Shown: piece by piece, positions 54,132 to 64,000 of the stretch | Position numbering within the stretch: position 1 is the first letter of the stretch | Layout: every line of letters begins with the position of its first letter | Source of the DNA: Octopus vulgaris | Taxonomy: Eukaryota | Direction: 5' to 3' | DNA: 64,000 nucleotides | Assembly (NCBI GenBank): GCA_951406725.2 | Contig: OX597815.1 | Coordinates: 184,636,001 to 184,700,000, forward strand | Made by a program: the position numbers and the translations under genes | The notes under the pieces: generated by a model | What the model was told of the DNA's origin: nothing | What the model saw: only the letters and a program-made list of their open reading frames with translations | The model's database searches: none

Positions 54132-54864
54132 GGTATATAGGTTCCTTTAATTTACATTTGTCCGTTCTTCAAAGAGAATTAGAGTTAGACATGTGTTGCT
54201 TCAAAACTAAATAAAAACATTTGTAAAATGCTGCAGTAGCAAGTCAGCTATGTACACAAATGTGTTAACAGTTAGTATTGCTTGAGTGCAAAGCATTTCG
54301 TGCGCAATGAATGCTGTTGCCTTGGTTGTATAAACAGAGTGTTTGAAGTTTTACAGAACATCGACCATCGCGTGATACGACGGTACAACATTATATGAAT
54401 AAATATTTCTATAATCTGACCTCAATAATTTGATGTCAATATATTTATGGTCAAGAGAATTCCTTTGAAATTGAATATAATTAACATTTTACACTTATGT
54501 TAAAAAATATATTCTTCAAAACTAGAAATTGTATCGAGGTGCAAAGTTTAAACCGATCAATGGATTGAATTTTAAATTGTTCTGAAATCGGTTGCTGAAA
54601 TAATGCCTCTTCGGTGATTGTTATTGCGTCAGTTTAGCATTTGGTAAGCTAGAGGAAACGGAGAGCAATAAAACAATATATTCTTTCTTCTAAGAAGTTT
54701 AGATCCTACAGCTATCAATCTTGCCTGTCAGCGAAACTCCAGGGTGATAAAATATGTGCATGTCATTGATTTTAGATTCTCAAATAAAACGCAAGACGCC
54801 GTTCAAGCAAAATACGCAATCATTGATACACATACCATTTATCTACTAAATATATGACATAACT

Positions 54865-55166
54865 GTGGAGGCGCAATGGCCCAGTGGTTAGGGCAGCGGA
54901 CTCGCGGTTTCGATTCCCAGACCGGGCGTTGTGAGTGTTTATTCAGCGAAAACTCCTAAATCTCAACGAGGCTTCAGCAGGTGGGGTGGGGGTGGCGATC
55001 CCTGCTGTACTCTTTCGCCACAACTTTCTCTCACTCTTTCTTCTGTTGGTCTGCTCGCTTAGCCAGCGGGGTGGCGTCATTTGAAGGCTAAAACAATGCG
55101 AAGTGCATTGTAACCGGCGATGTGTAGCAACATCTGACAACCTGGTCGATCACAGTGATCACGGTG
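54865..55166 (+). mobile_element. SINE D, tail type 2
   Basis: TSD ATGACATAACT. Confidence 0.88.
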
Positions 55167-56026
55167 ATGACATAACTGAAAGTTTTCTTTAAATGCATAT
55201 TAGAGCAAATGCCGGAGAAGAGAATATGAAATTCATTGAACAATCCTACGTAATATATTTGAGTATTAGCATAACGTTTCCACAAATCTGACTGCCATTT
55301 GCTATGGTTGTGACATTGAACTAAGAGTCAAACACATACAATCCTGTTTTAATTGATCCGTTTCAAAATGTCCGATCAAAAATTTAGTCATATGAAAGCG
55401 AGTGCTTTAAAGCATTATAGAACATTAGTTGAAACGCTACCGTCTACAACATGTAATTTGCCGATAGGCAATAATAGATTACGTATTGATTGATAAAGTT
55501 GGATTAGTCGTTTGAAAGAGAATGGGCCAGGAATAGCAAAAGTGCATTCTTGACGTCATTAGATTGATTTGTTACTATAAATAGCTTCAAGGCACAAATG
55601 CAAGATACGTTACAGCGTTGTTGAGAGTCTTCAACAGTACATTTCCCCTCTAGCAAATCCACCCTTAATGCATACAAGATGTGAATATATGAATATGGCA
55701 TTTTCGTTTAATCCGACTACAGAAATTTCTTATATTGACAGGGGTAATAACCATATTATGTATACAAGTTTGTACGTGTGTATGTGTGTGTGTGTATACA
55801 TACACGCATGCGCACTCACAAGCATAGCGTATGAGGTTTAATTTCAGTATCAAAACCTAAAATGTGCTTATTACAATGAAAGAAATTGGTGAGGAAAAAA
55901 GAAAGATGATATGAATAGTCAATGGTTTGGCCTTCATTGGCTGACTGCCTGACTGACTGAATAAATTGTGAATTGTATAGTAAGATAGATGTCTTGACAC
56001 AGAGAAAACCAACCTGTAACACTGCC

Positions 56027-56057
<31 letters not shown>

Positions 56058-57266
56058 TGTTTTAAGTCCGGGTTTTGTCCCGTTTAGCAAGGGTGGGCGG
56101 ATCTACCTCAATGTATAGCAACCAAGATAGGTAGAGGCATCCCACCCCAACCTTTGGGCTGGCTGGTGCCCATTCTCCTTTGTTATCATGAGGCTTTTTT
56201 GGAGCTGGATTTTCCCCGGGGAGCATGCCCTTGTTTACTCCCAACCTCAGTTTCTAGACATGAGTGGTCCTGAGACCAAGGCTTCTACCACGATTTTTGA
56301 GAAATGTGGTGGGAAAATAGCTCAGGAAGGCAGGGACCCTACTCTCTGAGACCCCTTTCGGAGCTACCCAACCTATTTTATAGAAAAACAGGTGATTCGA
56401 TGGTAGTTTTCATTTCCATCAGGTAGCAGAGACGCAATTTGGCCATATTAAATATACCCTATAGAGTCTAAATGGAGTTCAGGTTAGATAAATTTTATTT
56501 GCTAAGACAGGGTACACCAAGCACTATTGGCATGCTAAACTGACTGCGACCCTACGAAATCAAAGCAACCTGGTATCTGCTTCTAACGGAACATCCAAAC
56601 CGTTACTGCAAATGCTTGACGCTAAACTTCAAACAGCTGGTGTTCCGCTCTTGTTTCTTTCTTCTGCAATCTCGATCCTCTTATCAAGAAACAATACTTT
56701 GAATAATTGCTCAACATTTTCAAACTTTTGGCTCAAGTGAATGCTTTGTGATGTGAGGCTTCTACTCATTGAGAAAAAGCCTGCTGCTGGGTTCTCGTGG
56801 TTGTCCTTGATATGCTAACGCATCTGTTTCCGTATGCCTTTTACGAATCTCGCCTACACTGTTAAGCCATCTCTATTTCACCATTATTTCATTGTAGTGG
56901 TTCCTGTGAGGGGTGTGAATTTTTCTGCCAAAACCTTGCTAAGTCAGACGGCGATCCAAAGAAATAATTCGATATAGAAGTCTGGAACTAACCAGGTTTT
57001 ATAATAGTAACATGGATAACATATTAGGGCTTTTTTTCGTTTTCGTGCACATTATTGATGGCCTTTAGAACAACTCTTCGGTGAGTAGTCTTGTCCATGG
57101 TTACAGCCCTTCGTCTTTTTTTAGAACAAAAGTACGTATTATTCACATAATACAATTGTATAAAAGGACTCTCACAAGCCATTATACACAAATGTGCTCA
57201 AAAAGTATTTATTGAATATTTTGAGATCAATAGGACGCTCGTATGTTATTATTTTAACGCTTGGTA

Positions 57267-57650
57267 AGGCGGCGAGCTGGCAGAATCGTTAGCACGGGCG
57301 AAATGCTTAGCGGTATTTCATCTGCCGCTACGTTCTGATTTCAAATTCCGCCGAGGTCGACTTTGCCTTTCATCCTTTCAGGGTCGAATAAATAAGTACC
57401 AGTTACACACTGGGGTTGATATAATCGACTTAATCCGATTATATTTGTCCTCTCTGTGTTTAGCCCCTTGTGGGTAGTAAAGAAATACGTATTTTACCCT
57501 TCGCTAAAACTCTGGGTTCATATTCTGCCGAGGTCGACTTTGACTTTCATCCTTTCGGAATCAATAAATTAAGTATCTGTTGCGTACTGGGATCGATCTA
57601 ATCGACTGGCCCTCTCCTCCTCAGTGTCAGGCGTTCTGCCTATAGTAGGA
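57267..57650 (+). mobile_element. SINE B followed by a headless older unit
   Basis: Junction AAAGAAATA|CGTATTTT at about 57489. Confidence 0.8.
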
Positions 57651-58029
57651 AGTATAATTTTATCATTTGTTCGTTCACAGCAATAATTCTGTAAATTAAT
57701 GAGGATTATCTCTAACTGCGATGAAGATCTCTTCTCACATCTGTTATGCAAAACAGTAATACTATTTCTGAATATCCATCTTTCTATTTAATGTCGAAAT
57801 TTCTCAGACACGCATGTACACAGACATATGAGTGTATGTGTACGCACACCAAACTCGTACACGAGCAGTGCCGACGACGTTGATATGTGTGTGTGTGTAT
57901 GTGTGTGTAGGCAAATTCAAGGATAAAGAAAACACACACAAAAAAACAGCAATAGTCAGTTGGACGTATTCTTTGAAAATAGTAGATAATAATTAAGTGA
58001 CAGTTTAGACGGGAAAAATAGGAATAGAA

Positions 58030-58060
58030 ATGACGTTTCGAGCATAGCTCTTCGTCGGAT
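58030..58060 (-). ncRNA. HHR-like motif in the pLTR of the same Penelope element
   Basis: AT-CCGACGA-A-GAGC tat GCTC-GAAA-CG-TC/AT; stem I is only 2 bp. Confidence 0.5.
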
Positions 58061-58414
58061 AGAGAAAGAAATCCAGAGAAGAGGAACAAGTGGAGGCAGC
58101 AGATAGTCCGGAGAAAACCATCGAGAGGCTGAGTGTTGTGTGCGCATGAGCGTGTGTGTGTATGTGTGTATGTGTGAACTGGCGTGTGTATATGTGTGTG
58201 TGTGTCTATGTATGTGCTTGCATGTGTGTATATCTTCTTTTGAGTGTGTGTACAGGTATGTGTGTTCGAGTGTATGTGTGTGTAGGGGGTAAATTATGAA
58301 TGTAAGTCTGTGAAAGTGTGTGGAAGATAAGTAGAGAGAGAAAAGGAGAATAAGTTTGGTGAGAGATATGGAAGCTGGAAGTTGTTGCAAGAATGAATAC
58401 GTCACAAACAGGAC

Positions 58415-58699
58415 GGATGTGCTAAGTCCAATCAGTATATGAGTTAATTGTGAAATATACTGATGCTTCTTGCAAAATCTGATTGTGGTGGGTGCATGGT
58501 GTAAGGCCAGGTCGAACACCATGAAGTGTTGGATGGAGTGGTTGTTGAAGTAGAAGTGGTGGGGGCAAGAGAAGTATGTTTTCCGGGGACAAATATCTCA
58601 TGGATGTTCAAGAAATCTGTCGGCCAACCATCGGCGGCCAGTCTGTCCAATATATAAAGATCCGCAAAGAGTACATTTAAGGCAGTTAATGGCATTAGA
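58415..58699 (-). pseudogene. GIY-YIG endonuclease domain of a Penelope-like element (one in-frame stop)
   Basis: SNAINCLKCTLCGSLYIGQTGRRWLADRFLEHP*..HHF..H..MVFDL..TIRFCKKHQYISQLTHILIGLS matches the PLE C..C...YIGQT.R.L..RF.EH..R...E...I..L.T..P.GLN pattern. Confidence 0.85.
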
Positions 58700-59209
58700 C
58701 TAGATATGGAAATCCTTTATTTAACGATAGTGATACTTGATTTGCGAGACTAACGGACCCTTTTTTCTGTTATTTCTGGACCATCGTTTGTGAATATACC
58801 ACAACTTGATTATTCGCCTTGAAAATGAAAATATTACACTTTAGAACTTGAAATATCTTCAATGTTTACTAGATATCATGTAAAAAAAAAAAAGAGCCTA
58901 TATGTTATCGTCATTGCCTAATTAGACACCAGCAATCGCTTCCTATATAAACAGCTTAGTTACTGGTTTGATATATTCCTTGAAGCCTATTCAATATTCC
59001 TGAAGTCATTTTACATTTGCGTTGCAGTAAAGAAATTAGCCCATCTGCTTGCTTAAACTAAAAGAGGAACCATGCAGTGTGCTTACATTGAGGTGCCTAA
59101 ACAAATATATAAATAAAGCGTTGTTTCTTTTTATAAATGAAGAGTATGACCAAAGACTATAATTACAAACCTGTATCAAAGAAACAATCATATATTATTC
59201 TCTTTCTCT

Positions 59210-59258
<49 letters not shown>

Positions 59259-59780
59259 ATGCACACGCACGCTTTGTTAAACTATAAGAACACTTCCATA
59301 ATCACACATTCTTGCACATCTGCTACAACATGCAGATTGTCTATTAATGGATTACGTCATACACAGACTTTAATGTCTTGCTACTAAATGAGTGGGGAAA
59401 AAAAGGAACCTACGTTACAAAAATAATTTTGACTAACATTCTTTTTTTTTTTGTTCATCCGAATAGATAACATTGTCTCACATCGTAGAACTGCATTTTC
59501 CGTTTTCTTAAGTATACAGAGTCGTACACTTCTGCGAGAACGATTATCTCAATATAGAGAAACCATTCTTTCTTTCCACTCTTAGAACTTCATTAACTAA
59601 GAATTAACATTTTTGTTGTGATCTTAAAAACTTCTTCTTAACTCTTCTTTCATTCATGGAACTTTCACATTATTCATCCTTATCCTAGTCTCCATGTCGA
59701 TATATTTTGACAGTATGTTATTTTTAATTATTTACATTATTTACAGTTGACGGATATTTGTCCTCATCTTGTTTGTTGTT

Positions 59781-59826
59781 AACACAACGTTTCGGCTGAC
59801 ATACCTTCCAGCCTTCATCAGGTGTC
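59781..59826 (-). ncRNA. Minimal type I HHR-like motif, intact
   Basis: GACAC-CTGATGA-A-GGCTG gaaggtatgt CAGCC-GAAA-CG-TT/GTGTT; palindromic ACGU stem III, GUU site. Confidence 0.7.
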
Positions 59827-59873
59827 TTGGAGAAATTTCGAACCTGGGTTCTCATTCCTAAGGTATTTTCCGA

Positions 59874-59958
<85 letters not shown>

Positions 59959-60125
59959 TAGGTCACTGCTTGGAATCGAACACGGAATCTTGGGGTTAGT
60001 AGCCCGCGCTCTTGACCACTACGCCATATAACCGTGGGCATATGAATAATAACAACAACAACAACAACAACAACAACATCGAAAAATACCTTAGGAATGA
60101 GAACCCAGGTTCGGAATCTCTCCAA

Positions 60126-60171
60126 GACACCTGATGAAGGCTGGAGGTTATATCAGCTGAAACGTTGTGTT
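60126..60171 (+). ncRNA. Minimal type I HHR-like motif
   Basis: Same fold as 59781-59826; stem II closes with G-U. Confidence 0.65.
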
Positions 60172-60457
60172 AACAACAAACAAGATGAGGACAAATATCT
60201 GTCAAATGTAAATAACTTACATAATTCCTCATCTCTTAAAAATAGAACTGTGATATTTCCAATGTCTTATGCATGTTCACATTGGGAAGTACCAACATTA
60301 TGTATAACATATTTTAAAATCTGCCGCCATATATCAGTCCAATGAGCAATTTCATAGTTGAATGTTTACTAGATATCATTTAAAAACGAGCCAATCTGTT
60401 ATCGTCATTGCCTAATTAGACACCAGGAATCGTTCTTGCCTTCTTTTCTGTACTTTG

Positions 60458-60799
60458 AAGGCGCATGGCTCAGTGGTTAGGGCGTCGAGCTTACGATCGT
60501 GAGGTTGTGAGCTCGAATCCCGGACCGGGCTGCGTGTTGTGTTCTTGAGCAAGGCACTTTATTTCACGTTGTTCCAGTTCACTCAGCTGTAGAAATGAGT
60601 TGCGACGTCACTGGTGCCAAGCTGTATCGACCTTTGTCTTTCCCTTGGATAACACTGGTGGCGTGGAGAGGGGAGGCTTGTATGCATGGGCGACTACTGG
60701 TCTTCCATAAAACAACCTTGCCCGGACTTGTGTCTAGGAGGGTAACTTTCTAGGTGCAATCCCATGGTCATTCATGACCGAAGGGGGTCTTTACCCTTT
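60458..60799 (+). mobile_element. SINE F full length
   Basis: A box TGGCTCAGTGG, B-box-like GCTCGAATCCC, TTGAGCAAGGCACTT core shared with family E, different tail. Confidence 0.88.
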
Positions 60800-60804
60800 T
60801 ATTT

Positions 60805-61130
60805 GGCACTTGGTTCAATGTTTCTTCTGTCATCTCAAATAACTCTGCTGCCGATCGCCTGCGGGTGATCCTTGGGTATCCTGTTTTTCTTTTTTCTTCT
60901 GAGTTCCAATAAAAGGCTTTCATAGTCAAACTTTCCTTTGTTTTTCCTAATATATGACCGAACCATCGCCACTTACCACTAGCTATTTATCGGCGGGTGT
61001 ATTTCTGCTTAGTTTTAGCTCAAATCTCTTTGTTGCTCTGGATATCTAATGCAGAGAATGTGTCTAAAGTACTTGTTTTTGCTTCTTTGAAAGTTTCTCA
61101 GGATATTTGCGTCCATTTGGCATGATTTTG
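60805..61130 (-). mobile_element. RTE LINE C-terminal fragment
   Basis: WRWFGHILGKTKESLTMKAFYWNSEEKRKTGYPRITRRR. Confidence 0.7.
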
Positions 61131-62400
61131 TTCTTATGTAGTCAGTCGGTTTCCATTAGAATACGCCCTGCATTGACGAATTTCTTAATATCCAGAACAA
61201 AACGTTTTTGATGATGGTGACAGAAAAAGCGATTACTGCCTAACCAACCACCGCAAATTCTGCAACATATTCATTGACATGCTTGAACAGCTAAAAAAGG
61301 TAACGGTTTTAGTTAACACACAATGGCGGATTGTGAAATCACTTCAAACGATAGTTCGAGTGATGCTGGGATGCCAATTATTACCGACTAAATATTAAAT
61401 GGATATTCATTGGGTGATAGTTCAAACCCTGAAGGCCGAAAGATCACGCATACGGTAAACGGCACACACTGACACAAGAACCAGCATTAGCGGATCTGGA
61501 TTTGCGAGAGACACGTACCTGATATCTTTAAATGCTTATGACATGCAGAAAGAGACAAACTCATGTGCAAAGTTTTGACTTATTTTCAAATATACATCAT
61601 TGAAGTTGCAGAATCTAATCAAGTTATTGGTGTATTACTCTTTTTTTTGGCGTAAAGAAGAGTGTCTGTTTTAAATGATTGTTTTAGGTAGACAATGTTA
61701 ACATGGATTACGTATAAGAGATAACTTGTCATCATCAGGTAGTAGAGTTATAAGGTTAAACTTGTCCTTTTCTGTACTCGTAGAGTATGCGGCGCCTGGA
61801 GTTGTATGTCAAAAGTACATCATCAATATCATCGTCAGGCGTAGCACTGCAGAAGGATTAGGAAGATTTGGTGAAAGGAACGCTCCGAGTTTCTGTATTT
61901 TATCATACTCATACTGCTTCCGAACAATGAATTCTCTTGAAACTCAATTTCTATTTACAATATCAATACCGAATATCACACAATATAGATTCGTGTTTTA
62001 TTGAAATTCTTTGCGCATTGATGGATGCAACTGTGAATATTTGATTCATGAGATCGTCATCACTTTTCATTCTTGTTGGTCACAATTGCCACTTGGCGCT
62101 TGTTTACTTTCTCTCGAAGCCAAAATTTATTTGATAAAAATAAATTTATGTTGTATGGTAATTTATGCGAATTTGTCGTTATTATCTAATTGGGTTTCAT
62201 GTTTTCCCTTTTCTTCACTCATTTATATTTTAATTATATAATGTATAGGTGTGTGTGCGCCTGTATGTATGCATGTATACATGCACACGCACATACACAC
62301 ATACATATAAATTGGTTACAGAGAGGAGGAGGAGAGGAAAAGAGAGAGAAAACTGTATGTACAAACGATCACATATGCCAAAATATGTAGGTTGTGTGGA

Positions 62401-62570
62401 GGTGCAGGAGTGGCTGTGTGGTAAGTAGCTTGCTTTCTAATCACATGGTTCCAGGTTCAGTCCCACTGCGTGGCACCTTGGGCAAGTGTCTTCTACTATA
62501 GCCTCGGGCTGGCCAAAGCCTTGTGAATGGATTTGGTAGACGGAAACTGAAAGAAGCTCGTCGTATATAC

Positions 62571-62639
<69 letters not shown>

Positions 62640-63008
62640 TGTGTTTATCCCCCCAACATCGCTTGACGAGCGATGCTGGTGTGTTTACGTCCCCGTAACA
62701 GAATAAGTTCTAGGCTTACAAAGAATAAGTCCTGGGGGCGATTTCCTCTACTAAATTCGGGGCCAGCATGGCCGCAGTCAAATGACTGAAACAAGTAAAA
62801 GAGTAAAAGAAGTAATTTTTTTTATAAAAGTCATTTATTAGTTGAAATAATACATTTCTAATCTCTCAGAGAGATTTATGCAAAGAGACCGATAGAATAA
62901 GTACTAGGCTTACAAAGAATAATTCCTGGGGTCGATTTGCTCGACTAAAGGCGGTGCTCCAGCATGTCCACAGTCATATGACTGAAGCAAGTAAAAGAGT
63001 AAAAGAGA
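62401..63008 (+). mobile_element. SINE A (62401-62812) plus a separate 3' fragment (62881-63008)
   Basis: Family sequence. Confidence 0.88.
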
Positions 63009-63643
63009 ACCTCTCGTATTAACAAGTCGGTTGTGCAAGCCACTGGAACTGAAGATAACTTGGAATACTTTTCAGATATATATATATATATATATATTCT
63101 TTTTCCACTTTTCGAAACTTTTGAAATTTAGAATTATTTGTAAGTACACGATATTTTATCTGCTCAATATTCAATACTGATATGCATACAAATGTTCTCG
63201 TCCATTCCAGCAAAAAAAAAGGGGGAAAGGAAAAGGAAAAGAAGTTGCATAACCTTCAGAATCAATTGAACCGCAAAACAAACGTTTGTGTTTATATTTA
63301 GTCAAATAAGAAATCAAACAAAACATTAACTAAACACATATTCGATATCGAACAGTAAACAAATGTTTTCCTTTATCCTCGCACAAAGAACTTAGACAAA
63401 ACAACTTTCAAAACTGAATCATATATATTCCCTTGTCTGTTTAGACACATAAAACAGGGCCTTAATATCTTTCGCAAACAAAAAAATAAATGAATAAATG
63501 TACAAAGGAATATGTCACTCCGCAAATGTTGCTACAAAAACCTCCGCTTCATAATAAACAAATTGCATGTCTATAACAGTCAGATCTCGACAGAGAATGA
63601 AATTGATATTCTGATCAATGTCCGGTTTGTTCTTTTCCCCCAG

Positions 63644-63721
63644 TCTGGAGCGAGCTACAAGGCCTGTCCCTTCTCTGCTGCTGCTGCTGCTGCTGCTGCT
63701 CACCAATTCAACAATCGATCG
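63644..63721 (+). other. Candidate 78-nt internal exon containing (GCT)n
   Basis: CTGAT branch-like site, TTCTTTTCCCCCAG acceptor, G|GTGAGA donor; open in all three frames. Confidence 0.3.
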
Positions 63722-63964
63722 GTGAGACAAACTAAATATAAAATGAATTCAAATTTCGGAAAGCTTTTCATCTTCTTAAAAGCATGTGGAAAAAAACAAA
63801 AATTCTATTTGTTTATTCTCTTGTGCTACAGTGCAACAGGATTGTAATCAAGATTAACGCAAGCACCATCGCTGCCGCCGCCACCACGAACACTACCACC
63901 ACCACCACCACCACCACCACCACCACCACCACCAGTACCGCTACCGTCAACAACAACAACAACA

Positions 63965-64000
63965 GTGGAGGCGTAATGGCCCAGTGGTTAGGGCAGCGGA
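63965..64000 (+). mobile_element. SINE D head (runs off the window end)
   Basis: GTGGAGGCGTAATGGCCCAGTGGTTAGGGCAGCGGA. Confidence 0.85.

Larger units (their letters stand above)
59727..60250. mobile_element. Family C, most complete copy: head-to-head fold-back with one tRNA-like head and two HHRs
   Basis: Minus arm 60030->59727 has head, (AAT)n and HHR; plus arm 60035-60250 retains GGGCATATG, then (AAC)n, HHR and tail. Confidence 0.85.

Noticed and set aside
56027-56350. GC-richer block after (CAT)n
   Set aside because: Probably a retroelement end, but single-copy here and without diagnostic motifs
57956-58414. C-terminal part of the 188-aa ORF
   Set aside because: Read-through into the low-complexity PLE UTR; only the GIY-YIG part is credible

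Overview
AT-rich, repeat-saturated eukaryotic non-coding DNA with no intact protein-coding gene that I can support. The SINE families and the microsatellite load match my recollection of Octopus (coleoid cephalopod) DNA; that is an inference and was not checked by a search. Contents: dozens of tRNA-derived SINEs (labelled families A, B, D, E and F here), two decayed L1/Tx1-type LINEs, several RTE-LINE fragments, a Penelope-like element (PLE) GIY-YIG remnant, a dozen or so minimal hammerhead-ribozyme (HHR) motifs in PLE-type repeats, a GG..CC MITE with an 8-bp TSD, a non-autonomous Helitron, Tc1/mariner remnants, local duplications and microsatellites. Almost all ORFs in the supplied track are microsatellite or SINE read-through. 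Two signals stand out. (1) A four-copy head-to-head fold-back element (family C) joins a tRNA-like Pol III head, an (AAT)n spacer and a type I HHR with a PLE-like tail. (2) SINE B repeatedly inserts at a GGTAT site inside itself, building tandem arrays, and both Tx1-like LINEs begin at that same site.
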